Counted from the first letter of the stretch, positions 48,683 to 58,516 are shown. The stretch is 64,000 nucleotides of DNA from Deltaproteobacteria bacterium (GCA_040218735.1 JAVJQW010000007.1:217714-281713), one strand, 5' to 3'. The notes: a model not told the origin generated them from the sequence alone. Numbers and translations are program-made.

Positions 48683-50242
48683 TCAATCAATGTCGATAGG
48701 GAAACCGCGGCTCTCACGTCCGAAGCGGTCGACGGCACTCACGGCGTAGTTTCCGGACGGCAACGTGACATTCGCGTCCGGCGCCACGATCCGAGACACC
48801 CGCGGCGCACCGCCGTCGAAAAGATAGATTACGTACGCCCGAAGTTCTTCCACCTCGGTATGGGTCAGTTCGACGTTCGCGCCGTCCGCCCTGGCCATCG
48901 GTGCAGCCAACGCGCCCCCGGGCGCGTTCGCCAACGGCGGCGTCAGCACCGGCGTCGGGTAGAGCGTCTCGGCGAACACCGTCGCCAAGTCTTCGGTGTT
49001 CTCCATCAACGGCCCGATGTGGAAGTGGATGTTCCCGAGCGACGCCTCCCCGCGGTGCATCCGTGACAACGCGATCTGCGTCTCGAGCTCCGAGACCGAC
49101 CAGGCCGCCTCCGTCCCGACCTTCGACAGATAATTCCCCGCGAAGATCGCGCGCCCGCCGTGCGTCAGGCTCGACCACCACGCGATCAACGGACCGTACG
49201 CCTGGCGCGTCTGCGTCGACGGCCAATAGAGCTGCGGCGCGAGGTAGTCGACCCACCCCTCGGCCATCCACTTCACCGGGTCCGCGTAGATCTGCCCATA
49301 CTGATCCAGCCCCACGATCCCCTCCGGGATCCCGGGCCGGTAGATGCCGAACGGGCTGATGCCGAACCGACACGCCGGATCCGTCCGCGACACGACGTCA
49401 CCGACCGCCTCCACCATCTGGTTCACGTTGTCCCGGCGCCAGTCCCCGACGTCGAAGGCCCCGCCCCCGTTCACGTACGCGCCGTAGGTCACGTCGTCCG
49501 GGAACGCCGTGCCGTCCGGGTAGGGGTAGAAGTAGTCGTCGAAGTGGAGCCCGTCGAGCGGGTACCGCGCCACGAGGTCCTCGACCACCGCGAGCAACCG
49601 TTGCTGCACGACCTCGGCGCCCGGGTCCATCCACAGCAGGTTGCCGTAGGTGTACGCGTACGACGGCGCCTCCACCGCGATGTGCGGCGCCACCGCCGTC
49701 GAGCTGCGGCTCGACTTCGCCCGGTACGGATTCAGCCAAGCGTGCACCTCGATCCCCCGCGCGTGCGCGAGCGCCAGCAGCTCCGCGAGCGGATCGAGCC
49801 CGGGGTCCTGCCCCTGCGTCCCCGTCAGGAATCGGCTCCACGGCTCGAGCGCGCTGGCGTACAGCGCGTCGCTCTCCGGCCGGACCTGGAAGAAGATCGC
49901 GTTGAGGTGGGTTGCCTCGACGGTGTCGACGATCGCCTCCAGCTCCGCGCGCAGCGCCTCGGCGTCCAGCCCCGTGCGCGACGGGAAGTTGATGTTCGCG
50001 ACGGTCGCGACCCACACCCCGCGCAGCTCGCGCTCGTGCCCGACGTCGACCAGCATCACCGGCTCACCCCCCGCATCGCGCGTTGTGGGCTCACCGCCGT
50101 CGCGGTCGTCCACGGCCACGCCCCCGTCCGGCGTCCCGCCGTCGGTCGGCACGAACGTGGAGCGGTCGTCGGGCTGCACGCAGGCCAAGAGGAGGAGGGC
50201 CGGCAGCCAGGCGGCGCCGAAACGACGGGGTCCCCTGGCCAT
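48683..50242 (-). CDS. GHL10/YddW(DigH)-like glycoside hydrolase lipoprotein
   Basis: Lipobox LLAC; ELRGVWVATV.N, FQVRP..DALY.S, HAWLNPYR, DGLHFDDYFYPY, DYLAPQLYW. Confidence 0.88.
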   Translation of the reverse strand: MARGPRRFGAAWLPALLLLACVQPDDRSTFVPTDGGTPDGGVAVDDRDGGEPTTRDAGGEPVMLVDVGHERELRGVWVATVANINFPSRTGLDAEALRAELEAIVDTVEATHLNAIFFQVRPESDALYASALEPWSRFLTGTQGQDPGLDPLAELLALAHARGIEVHAWLNPYRAKSSRSSTAVAPHIAVEAPSYAYTYGNLLWMDPGAEVVQQRLLAVVEDLVARYPLDGLHFDDYFYPYPDGTAFPDDVTYGAYVNGGGAFDVGDWRRDNVNQMVEAVGDVVSRTDPACRFGISPFGIYRPGIPEGIVGLDQYGQIYADPVKWMAEGWVDYLAPQLYWPSTQTRQAYGPLIAWWSSLTHGGRAIFAGNYLSKVGTEAAWSVSELETQIALSRMHRGEASLGNIHFHIGPLMENTEDLATVFAETLYPTPVLTPPLANAPGGALAAPMARADGANVELTHTEVEELRAYVIYLFDGGAPRVSRIVAPDANVTLPSGNYAVSAVDRFGRESRGFPIDID

Positions 50243-50290
50243 CCGCGCCCTCTTGCTGCGAGCTACCGGCCGCAAGCTGCCCGCTGACCT

Positions 50291-51229
50291 CTAACGCATC
50301 CGCCGCGCGAGGCGACGAACCGCGCGACGCGCGAGATCCGTGTCGACCTGCTTCAGCGCGTCGTACGCGGCGCGGCTGCCGGTCCGGCTCACCGCTTCCA
50401 CGAGGCGCGTGCCGTTTGCGTCAGCGACGGGCGTCGAGAACAGCTTCACCAAAGCGATCGCCGCCTGGTCCGCACGCTCCGCGCCGACTACCCGACGGGT
50501 GTGCTTCGAAGCGACGGCGCCGAGCCCGGTGATCGCCGCAGCGCGGAGCTCGTCGTCGAGCTTCGGCGCGTTGGCGAGCGCGATCAACGTCCCCACGGAC
50601 TTCGCGTCGCGGTGCTCACCCAGACCGGCGATCGCCGCCGACCGGAGCGCGTTCGGCCCGCGCGAGGTCGCGACGGAGGTCAGGACCGTGCTCGCCTTCT
50701 CGCCGCGCGTCGCACCGAGCGCCATGGCCGCGATGCTCCGCGTCGCGAGCGTCTCCCGTGCGTCGTTGACCACGTCCGCGAGCAGATACGGGGCGACCGG
50801 GTGCCCGGAAGCACCGATCGCATCGACCAAGCCCTGGCGAAGCGCGCTGCGCTCGACGGTGCGGAGCCGTGCGCGCTCGGCGGCGTCGACGTGCGCGGGG
50901 TACGCGTCCGCCGACGCAAACGGGTAGGCGTCGAACGTCTCGAGGTACACCTCGAACAGCGCGCCCGCCGGCAGCTTCATCCGGCGCAGCTCCGCGGACA
51001 CCGACGGGTTCTGAATGCGATCCCGCAGGTAGTAGCGCGGATCGATCCCGCGCAACGCGAACAGCCGCTCGGCGACGTCGGGCTGCGCCTGGGCCTCCGC
51101 AATCGCGTGGGACGCCGCGCGGCGCCAGTTCGATTGGTCGACCGTAGCGACCTTGGGTCCGGCCGCGAACGCCGTCGAAGCGACGAGCGAGAAGGCGACC
51201 GTGAACATCATCTTCTTCATCTTCGTCAC
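50291..51229 (-). CDS. Exported HEAT-repeat protein
   Basis: Signal peptide (AFA-AG); R..AA.ALG repeats; 3 nt downstream of the PAD gene. Confidence 0.7.
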   Translation of the reverse strand: MTKMKKMMFTVAFSLVASTAFAAGPKVATVDQSNWRRAASHAIAEAQAQPDVAERLFALRGIDPRYYLRDRIQNPSVSAELRRMKLPAGALFEVYLETFDAYPFASADAYPAHVDAAERARLRTVERSALRQGLVDAIGASGHPVAPYLLADVVNDARETLATRSIAAMALGATRGEKASTVLTSVATSRGPNALRSAAIAGLGEHRDAKSVGTLIALANAPKLDDELRAAAITGLGAVASKHTRRVVGAERADQAAIALVKLFSTPVADANGTRLVEAVSRTGSRAAYDALKQVDTDLARRAVRRLARRMR

Positions 51230-51232
51230 CTC

Positions 51233-53497
51233 CTACTGGTTCCACCACGGCGTCTCGTACGCCGTGCCCTCGACCTCGGTCCCGCAGTGCGCTTCGCCGA
51301 GGTTCAGGTGGTAGCTGTCGAAGATGTCCACGAACTGGACCGTGAGGCCCATCGGCTCGAGCACCTGGCGCGTCGCGGTCTGGAAGGCGTCGAGCCCACC
51401 GACCACGGGCCCCTCGGGGTCCGGCACGAAGAGGAAGTCGTCGAGCACGATGAGGTTCTGGATGCCCGGGTTGTAGGCGGCCGCGAAGTTGAGGCCGTCG
51501 AAGGGGTGCCACTCGTAGAGCACCGGCACCTCGATGATGTCGTCCGGCGTGAGCTGGAGCGACGTCGTCAGCACTTCGCGGATCGAGTCGATCTTCGCCT
51601 GCGCCGAATCCTGGTAGCCCATCAACCGGGTGTTGCCGAGGATCTGGCTGACGGTGGTCTGGGTCTGACGCCCCGCGAACACCTGCGTGTTGCCGGCGCC
51701 GTCGTCGGCGATCGTCTCCAGGATCTCGACCGCGAGATCCGGCGACGCGAAGAGCACCTTCCACGGTCGCTCACCCGCGCCCGCGTTGCGGTTCGGGACG
51801 AACAGGAAGATCTCGTCGATGTGCCCGACCGCGAGCCACTCCGAAGCGACCTCGATCGACGGGCCCTGAATTTCCTGCGCGTCGAGCCACGCGCGCTGCA
51901 GCTCACCCATCGTGTCGCTGTACGCGCGACCGTCGAGCGTGCCGCCTTCGCCGCCGCCGATGATGACGCGTCCCAGCGGGTAACCGTCGTGCGGCGGTGC
52001 GACCTCGAGGTTGCCGCCGTAGTTGAGCGACGTGTCACGCGAACGCCCCGGGTAGGCCCAGCCACGGTCCGCGCCGAGCGCCTCCGAGATCAGGAACGGC
52101 TCGAGGCCGCGCGGGCCGGTCGGGCGCTGCGTCTGGAGGTGCGTCTTCATCACCGCCTGGCCGCCCTCGGACGCCATCGACTGGTAGCCGGTCTGCATGT
52201 TGTCTTGCAGCCAGCGGTCGCCGAGGTATTCGTACTGGTCGGCGGTGTAGAGCTCGACGTGCGTCGGGATGTCGCGCTGGAGCGCGGTGTAGAACTCGAG
52301 GTTCGGCCCGAGGCGACGGTCGTCGATGCGCATGACGTACAGGCGCTCGGCCGGCTGCATGTTGTCGGTGAAGATCACCGGCGACACCCGCAGCGCGACG
52401 GCGTCGGTGAGCGTCTCGCCCCCCGAGCTCATCGACAGCGTGAGCGTCACGGTGCCGTCCCACGCGGAGCTGCGGGTCTCGGTCCCCTCCAGGAGCAGCG
52501 TGACGTCACCCGCGAGGTCGGTCGGATCGATCGAACGCGCACCGGAGTCGCCCGGCTCGTGCAGGGTGCGGATCGTGCCGCCCGAGGTGGTGAGGAAGAT
52601 ACGCACGGCGTCGGCGGCGGCCGGCGGGGTCACGGTGACGGACACCTGATCCTGCGCGGTCAGCTCCGCATTCTGATGGACGATCACCCGCGCGAAATCC
52701 TTCAGATCCTCGCCGCCCTCGAGCTGGGCGTCGTCGGCGTCGCGCTGGCCGTCGAAGTCGTCGTCGTCGAAGTTCGCGAGGAACGTCGCCCCGCTGTCGA
52801 GCGTCCAGACGTCCTCCGCTTCGTCGTCGGCGTCGTCGATGATCCCGTCGCGGTTCGTGTCGACGTCGATGTCGGCGCCGGCCTCCACGGTGATCGGCTC
52901 ACTCGTCGCCGTGCCGGTCGCGCCGGCGTGGTCCTGGACCTCGACCGTCACCCGGAACTCACCGCTCCGCTGGAAGACGTGGTTCGTCGTCTTCGTGGTC
53001 GAGAACTCGGTGTCGAACGTCCCGTCGCTCTCGAAGTCGAAGCGCACCGCCAAAGTGGCGGCGTCCTCGTTGGGGTCCGTCACACCGGAAGCGTCGACGG
53101 TGACCGCGTGCGGGGCGCGCCCGTTCGTCGGCGTGACCGTCACGACGCCGGTCGGCGCGGTGTTCGGCTGCACCTCGATCTGCAGCTGCGCGGTCCCGAT
53201 GCGCTCGCCGCTCGTGATCTCCACGATCGGCTTGTAGGTCCCGGCGACCTCGTACACGAAGTCGGCGGCCAGCTCGGTGAGCGGCCCGGTCTCGAACGTC
53301 CCGTCGCCGTCGAAGTCGAAGCGCGCGGTCAGCGTCGCGCGCGGGTCATCGGGATCGTTGCTCCCCGTCGCGTCGAAGGTGACGGCGACGGGCGCGACGC
53401 CCTTGCTCGGTGTCGTCGTGACGACGACGTTGGGTTCGGGCGCTCCGCACCCCACTGCCAGCCCGCATGCCGCGAGCGTTCCTATCAATCGGTTCAC
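51233..53497 (-). CDS. Protein-arginine deiminase (animal PADI-type) lipoprotein with two PKD-like domains
   Basis: Lipobox AVGC; DRWLQD, GGNLEVAPP, YPLGRVIIG, WLAVGHIDE and GEAHCGT match the PAD4 catalytic D/H/D/C motifs; SD GAGGA. Confidence 0.85.
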   Translation of the reverse strand: MNRLIGTLAACGLAVGCGAPEPNVVVTTTPSKGVAPVAVTFDATGSNDPDDPRATLTARFDFDGDGTFETGPLTELAADFVYEVAGTYKPIVEITSGERIGTAQLQIEVQPNTAPTGVVTVTPTNGRAPHAVTVDASGVTDPNEDAATLAVRFDFESDGTFDTEFSTTKTTNHVFQRSGEFRVTVEVQDHAGATGTATSEPITVEAGADIDVDTNRDGIIDDADDEAEDVWTLDSGATFLANFDDDDFDGQRDADDAQLEGGEDLKDFARVIVHQNAELTAQDQVSVTVTPPAAADAVRIFLTTSGGTIRTLHEPGDSGARSIDPTDLAGDVTLLLEGTETRSSAWDGTVTLTLSMSSGGETLTDAVALRVSPVIFTDNMQPAERLYVMRIDDRRLGPNLEFYTALQRDIPTHVELYTADQYEYLGDRWLQDNMQTGYQSMASEGGQAVMKTHLQTQRPTGPRGLEPFLISEALGADRGWAYPGRSRDTSLNYGGNLEVAPPHDGYPLGRVIIGGGEGGTLDGRAYSDTMGELQRAWLDAQEIQGPSIEVASEWLAVGHIDEIFLFVPNRNAGAGERPWKVLFASPDLAVEILETIADDGAGNTQVFAGRQTQTTVSQILGNTRLMGYQDSAQAKIDSIREVLTTSLQLTPDDIIEVPVLYEWHPFDGLNFAAAYNPGIQNLIVLDDFLFVPDPEGPVVGGLDAFQTATRQVLEPMGLTVQFVDIFDSYHLNLGEAHCGTEVEGTAYETPWWNQ

Positions 53498-53552
53498 ATC
53501 ATTCCTCGACGTCCAGTCCGTTCCCGCCGTCAGGATATTCAAGGCGAACGCA

Positions 53553-53578
53553 AACGTTACATACGAATGTGGGGTTTC
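53553..53578 (-). promoter_or_regulatory. Possible ECF-sigma promoter of the PAD gene
   Basis: GAAAC-N17-CGTT in an AT-rich intergenic patch. Confidence 0.3.
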
Positions 53579-53585
53579 GGGTTTT

Positions 53586-54920
53586 TCATACCTCGACCGC
53601 CGCCCACCGCCCGCCCTTCCAGAGCGCAGCGAAGATCCCCGCCTGGACCGCACGGTACACCGCCTGGGCGATCCAGATGCCGATGAGGCCGTAGCCGAGG
53701 TAGGGACCCACCACGTAGGCGGCCGGGAGGAACAGGAGCCACTGACAGCCGGTCGAGACCAGCGCGGTCGTCCGGCTGGCGCCGGCGCCGAGCAGCGCGT
53801 TCATCAGGACGAGGCCGACCGCGTCGAGGACGATCGTCCCGCCGAAGATCATCAGCGGGACGCGCCCGAGCGCGAGGGTCTCGGGATCGTGAATGAAGAT
53901 CCCGAGGATCAGATCGGGGAGCAGGGCCATGGGGAGGCCGAGGCAGCCCACGAACGCGACGGCGACGGTGACCACGTCCCAGCCCCACTTCATCGCGTCG
54001 TCCGGATCCTTGCGACCGAGCGCCTGCCCGACGAGCGTCGCGCCGGCGATCCCGAACGCGATGCCGGGGAGGATCGCGACGAGCATGACGTTGATGATCA
54101 CGTTCGCCGCCGCCGTCGCCGCGGTGCCGACCTGCCCGAGGATCCAGAACAGCATCGTGTAGCCGCCGGAGAACAACAGCTGCTGCACGCCGGTCGGCAC
54201 CGAGAGCCGGAGCATGGTGCGGATCGTCTTCTTGTCGGGGAGGCCGCGGAGGAAGCCGCGGTCCTTCGCGTGGCGCATGCCGAGCAACATGTACGTCGCG
54301 AAGCCGACCCACACCGAGACCGCGCTCGCGACGCCCGCGCCCGTCGCGCCGAGCTCGGGGGCGCCGAGCTTCCCGAAGATCAGCACGTAGTTCAGCCCGA
54401 TGTTCACCGCGTGCATCACGACGAGCGTGTAGAGGTAGAGCATCGGGCGCTTGATCCCGTTCCAGAACCCGCGGAACGAGAAGTTCATCGCGACGGCGAC
54501 GATGCCGCAGAGGCGCGCTTGTAAGTAAGGGACGCCGACGTCGACGACGGCGCTCGAGTCGTTCACCAGCGGGAAGAACGTGGGCACGAGCTGGTAGAGC
54601 AGCGCGGCCCACGGGATGGTGAAGATCACGATCAGGAGCAGCGCTCCATTGAGTGGAACGGCGGACTCGTCTTCACGGCCTTCGCCGACTCGACGGGACA
54701 CCATCGCCTGGACGCCCGACGCGAAGCCCATCACGAACGCGATGGCCATGAAGTTGAGGAACGACCCCGTGCCGACACCGGCGAGCGCGTCGTCGCCGAG
54801 TGATCCCACCATCGCCGTGTCGACGAGGTTGAGGACGTTCTGGGAGATCATCCCTCCCACGATGGGCAGCCCCAAACCGAGGACTGCCCGGTAGCGCTCG
54901 ACCTTGGACACGCGGTCCAA
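53586..54920 (-). CDS. MATE family efflux transporter
   Basis: VDTAMVG.LG..ALA, LNYVLIFG.LG.PELG..GAG.A, about 12 TM segments. Confidence 0.9.
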   Translation of the reverse strand: MDRVSKVERYRAVLGLGLPIVGGMISQNVLNLVDTAMVGSLGDDALAGVGTGSFLNFMAIAFVMGFASGVQAMVSRRVGEGREDESAVPLNGALLLIVIFTIPWAALLYQLVPTFFPLVNDSSAVVDVGVPYLQARLCGIVAVAMNFSFRGFWNGIKRPMLYLYTLVVMHAVNIGLNYVLIFGKLGAPELGATGAGVASAVSVWVGFATYMLLGMRHAKDRGFLRGLPDKKTIRTMLRLSVPTGVQQLLFSGGYTMLFWILGQVGTAATAAANVIINVMLVAILPGIAFGIAGATLVGQALGRKDPDDAMKWGWDVVTVAVAFVGCLGLPMALLPDLILGIFIHDPETLALGRVPLMIFGGTIVLDAVGLVLMNALLGAGASRTTALVSTGCQWLLFLPAAYVVGPYLGYGLIGIWIAQAVYRAVQAGIFAALWKGGRWAAVEV

Positions 54921-54947
54921 GGCCCCTACATGATCCGCAGGCGTCGG

Positions 54948-55517
54948 TCAGTCGTCGACGCGGATGACGTCGATCTTCGGGTCGATCAGGTAACCCTCGT
55001 CGCGCGTGAGCAGGACCCCCTCGAGGCCCATGCGGCGCAGGGTGCGGATGGCGGTGTAGACGCGCGTGGCGCCCGCCTCCGTGGGCACGTTCTCGCCGGG
55101 CCAACCGATGGCCACGACCGAGTTCACGTCCATCGCCTTCTCTTCACCCGCGATGTGGCGCTCGACGAGCGCGTCGAGGATGCGTCGGATCGGTCCGCGG
55201 CGGGCGAGGTCGACCACCGGCAACCCGGCGACCTCGAACCAACGCGACGCCTCGCCGACCTGCAACGGCCGACGGACCTTGCGGGGGCGCGGCGCGAACG
55301 CGATCGGCGCGGCCTCCGGCGCGGCCTGCGGGCGGGGCTGGTGGAGCATCCGGTGGTGCACCTCGTCGGCGAGAACCCTGTACAGGAACTCCTCGTAGGT
55401 GAGCTGGTCGGTCGCGGCCTCGCGGGCGCGCGACTCGAGGTTGGCGAGAACTCCCGTTAGCTGGAGCTTCTCGAGAACCGGAACGAGCTGGGGGGTGCTG
55501 CTGCTCAAAGTCATCAT
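54948..55517 (-). CDS. Fusion of an IstB-like N-terminal helical domain and a C-terminal winged-helix domain
   Basis: LEKLQLTG..ANLESR..EA....LTYEEFL...LADE...R followed by VDLARRGPIRRIL..WPGE..RVYTAIRTLRRMGL..LLT..GY; SD GGAGG. Confidence 0.65.
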   Translation of the reverse strand: MMTLSSSTPQLVPVLEKLQLTGVLANLESRAREAATDQLTYEEFLYRVLADEVHHRMLHQPRPQAAPEAAPIAFAPRPRKVRRPLQVGEASRWFEVAGLPVVDLARRGPIRRILDALVERHIAGEEKAMDVNSVVAIGWPGENVPTEAGATRVYTAIRTLRRMGLEGVLLTRDEGYLIDPKIDVIRVDD

Positions 55518-55605
55518 CAATGCGTCCTCCTGATGATGAGTTTCGTCGCGATGTCGGTGCGTGTCGCTTACCCGCGGCGTGTAAGTCATTTTCAGTGAGA
55601 GCGGC

Positions 55606-55633
55606 CCTTCGCTCAGGACCCGTGAGGCGAAGG
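55606..55633. terminator. Hairpin right after the stop of the SGNH gene
   Basis: CCTTCGC...GCGAAGG with inner TCA/TGA pairing; no U tract. Confidence 0.35.
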
Positions 55634-55634
55634 T

Positions 55635-56975
55635 TCAGTCAGCGCAGACGACGCGGATCGACTGCGTGAGCGCGGCGCGCTCGCCGTGCACGTTGCCCGC
55701 GGGGGCACGCGCGCCGTCTTCGCGACACCCGCCGCCGCCGCTGGGCTCGCCGGTGAACGCGTAGCGCAGCTGCGCGCCACACGCGTCGGCGGTTTCGATC
55801 CGTAGACGATCGTCCGACGTCGCCGTGACGCGACGGATCGAGCGGAGCTCGCCGTCCTTCACGAGCTCGAAGCCGAAGCCGGGTTGTTTCGGGCATCGCG
55901 CGAGGTCGACGACGACGGGGGTGTTGTAACGAACGTCGATCACGTCCGCCCCGATCGCGGTCTCCACGTACGGTGCGTCGCTCGGCTCGCAGCGGTCGAA
56001 CCGTTGGTGCATCGCCGCGCCGAACCGCTCGCCGAGCGCTCGGTAGGAGGCGGCGACGAGGTGCAGGCGGTCTTCGGTGAAGTCGAGATCGTACTGCGGC
56101 GCGACGCAGTGGATGTGTCGATGTTCGAGGCACGCCGCGAGCTGCGCGAGCGTGACGTTCGGCGCGTGGGGTGTCGGCGGGCGCGTCCACGAGCTGGTCT
56201 GGTCGATGAAGAGGTGCACGCGGGACGTCTGCCCGGTGATCGCGCGGATGTCGCGGTCGAGGTCCTCGGCGAGCACGGCGAGGCGCGTGGCGTAGTCGTC
56301 GTTGCCTTCGTCCGCAGGCCCGTGCACGAACGCCACCGCGGGCACGACGTAGTCACCGTCGAGCAGTGTCTTCGTTCGTTCGATGCGATCCAGGAGCGCC
56401 CCGTACGCCGCGGACCCGCGCGACAGCTCCGCGATCGCCGTGCTCCCTTGGCCGTGGCTCGTCATCACGAAGCGCCCTTCGCCGCGCAGGCGTCGCCATG
56501 TCTCGACGATCGCGGTGCGCGGCGACTCGACGTCCGGCCAACCGCACCCGCGGCCCTCGCGTGCATCGCAGAGGAGGTCGGCTGCGGGGTTCAGCACGAA
56601 CACTTCGCCGGGGAACGCAGCCGTGGAGGTGAGCGCCGGCGCCCCCTGCGTGCCGAGCGCGAGGCTCTGTCCGTAGAGCACGACGCCGACGGTCGCGTCA
56701 TTGCCCGCGCACGATGGCGCGGTGAACGAGACGGTGACGTCGGCGTCGACGTCACACGCGATGTCCTCACACCCGTTGGACCACGCGACGAACGCGGGCT
56801 CGGGTGCGGCGTACACACGCAGCGGGACGGGGCCGCGCGCAACGCAGGTTGCGCCGTCACATTCGAAGGCAGCGTCCGGCGACCAGATCCGGCCGGGCCC
56901 GTCGATCGTGATCGTTCGCGACGCCTCCTCGGCGCCGCAGGCGGTGAGCAACGCGAGGAGCGCGAAGCGCTTCAC
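55635..56975 (-). CDS. SGNH/SASA-like (sialate O-acetylesterase-like) lipoprotein
   Basis: Lipobox LTAC; GQSL, HGQG, FVHG.AD, DRLHL; N-terminal small Cys domain. Confidence 0.65.
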   Translation of the reverse strand: MKRFALLALLTACGAEEASRTITIDGPGRIWSPDAAFECDGATCVARGPVPLRVYAAPEPAFVAWSNGCEDIACDVDADVTVSFTAPSCAGNDATVGVVLYGQSLALGTQGAPALTSTAAFPGEVFVLNPAADLLCDAREGRGCGWPDVESPRTAIVETWRRLRGEGRFVMTSHGQGSTAIAELSRGSAAYGALLDRIERTKTLLDGDYVVPAVAFVHGPADEGNDDYATRLAVLAEDLDRDIRAITGQTSRVHLFIDQTSSWTRPPTPHAPNVTLAQLAACLEHRHIHCVAPQYDLDFTEDRLHLVAASYRALGERFGAAMHQRFDRCEPSDAPYVETAIGADVIDVRYNTPVVVDLARCPKQPGFGFELVKDGELRSIRRVTATSDDRLRIETADACGAQLRYAFTGEPSGGGGCREDGARAPAGNVHGERAALTQSIRVVCAD

Positions 56976-58186
56976 TTCTCCGCGTTTGCCTCGACCGCGC
57001 GCCACACGCGCAGGAAGTTTCCGCCGGCGATCTTCTTCACGTCGTCTTCCGAGTACCCCTTGGCGAGGAGCTTCGTGATGAGCGCCGGGTACTTCGACGC
57101 GTCTTCCAGGCCGACCGGGAGCGTGTCACCGACGCCGTCGAAGTCGGAGCCGAACCCGACGTGGTCGACGCCGACGAGCTTCGCGACGTGGTCAATGTGG
57201 TCGACGACGTCGTCGATGGTCGCGAGCACCTTCGGGTGCTCCGCGTCGTACGCTTCACCCCAGGCCTTCACCTTCGGGTCGTCCCAGGCCTCGATGCCCT
57301 CCGCCTTCATGAACGCGTTCCGCGCTTCGCGTCGCACGTCGTAGTGGTCGCGCGACTTCTGGCTGATGAACGTGGAGCCGAAGTTGATGAGGATGACGCC
57401 CTCCTTGTCGGCGAGCGCGCGGATCATGTCGTCGCTCATGTTGCGCTCGAAGCCCGGCGTGAAGTGTCGGCACGACGAGTGCGACGCGATCACCGGGGCC
57501 TTGGACAGCGCGATCACCTGGTGGAACGTGTCGTCGGAGACGTGGGAGACGTCGACCATGATCCCGACGCGGTTCATCTCCGCGACGACCTGCCTGCCGA
57601 AGTCCGACAACCCCTTGTGGGTCCGCGTCTCGTCGTACGAGGAGTCGCAGATCTGGTTGTCCTTGGAGTGGGTCAGCGTGACGTAGCGGACGCCGCGGCG
57701 GTGGAAGTGCGCGACGTTCGCGAGGTCGTCCTCGATCGCGGCGCCGTTTTCGATCCCCATCGGCAGCGCGATCTTCTTCGCCGCGAACGCCGCCTCCACG
57801 TCGGCCACGGAGTGCGCGATCTTCACGCGCTCGGGCCACCGCTTCTCGAACCCTTCGATCATGTCGATCAGCTCGTCTGCGACCGCCTTCGCGCCGCCCG
57901 TCTCTTGGTACTTCGCCGGGACGTAAATCGACATGAACGGCGCATCGAGCCCGCCGGCCTTCGCGCGCACGAAGTCGAAGTCCCCCTCCGTCTCGACGGT
58001 GAGGTCCTCCGTGACGGGTGCTCCGTCGCCGAACTTCGCGCGCATTCGGTAGGGGAGGTCGACGTGCCCGTCCGCGATGATGGTCGCGTGGGCGAGGTCG
58101 TCGGACTTCGTGGCCGGTGTCGCGGCGGGGGGCGTCGTGCTCTTGCAGGCGACGAGCGCGGCGAGCGCGAGGAGGGGATAGCGCAT
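56972..58186 (-). CDS. Membrane dipeptidase (M19) lipoprotein
   Basis: DGHVD, GIENG, TLTH, VDVSH, ASHS, GSDFDG, GGNFLRV. Confidence 0.92.
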   Translation of the reverse strand: MRYPLLALAALVACKSTTPPAATPATKSDDLAHATIIADGHVDLPYRMRAKFGDGAPVTEDLTVETEGDFDFVRAKAGGLDAPFMSIYVPAKYQETGGAKAVADELIDMIEGFEKRWPERVKIAHSVADVEAAFAAKKIALPMGIENGAAIEDDLANVAHFHRRGVRYVTLTHSKDNQICDSSYDETRTHKGLSDFGRQVVAEMNRVGIMVDVSHVSDDTFHQVIALSKAPVIASHSSCRHFTPGFERNMSDDMIRALADKEGVILINFGSTFISQKSRDHYDVRREARNAFMKAEGIEAWDDPKVKAWGEAYDAEHPKVLATIDDVVDHIDHVAKLVGVDHVGFGSDFDGVGDTLPVGLEDASKYPALITKLLAKGYSEDDVKKIAGGNFLRVWRAVEANAEK

Positions 58187-58237
58187 GGCCGTGCGGTCTA
58201 CACCGAACGGCGGGCGCGCGCGAAACGTGTTTTCGAT

Positions 58238-58516
58238 TCAGGTGGACGTGACGGGCTGCGTCGCCGTCTGCCCCGACGTCGCGCGCTCGCTCTCGCTGCG
58301 GCGCCGACGCACGGGCGTCCAGAACAGCTGCGGCACGCGGTACGCGAGGAAGCCGACGAGGAACAGGACCACGCCGACGCCGAAGAACGTCAGGTTGTCG
58401 AGGTCGCCCCGTGCGAGGAGCGCGCCCGCGCCGAGGATGCCCATGGACGCGAGCATTCGGGGGTAGCGGTAGTCGCGGTTCTGTTCACGCTGATCGTCTC
58501 GGTGTTCGGTCGTCAT
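58238..58516 (-). CDS. Small two-TM membrane protein
   Basis: SD GAGGAG; two hydrophobic segments; downstream of sulP. Confidence 0.6.
   Translation of the reverse strand: MTTEHRDDQREQNRDYRYPRMLASMGILGAGALLARGDLDNLTFFGVGVVLFLVGFLAYRVPQLFWTPVRRRRSESERATSGQTATQPVTST

Noticed and set aside
50501-53686. 1061-aa plus-strand ORF
   Set aside because: Antisense shadow of the PAD and HEAT genes
55528-55560. CTGATGA resembling a hammerhead ribozyme core
   Set aside because: No downstream stem II plus GAAA on the same strand; overlaps the SD of the minus-strand gene
54948-55634. Intact IS21 element
   Set aside because: No istA, no Walker motifs, no terminal inverted repeats; only an N-terminal domain resemblance
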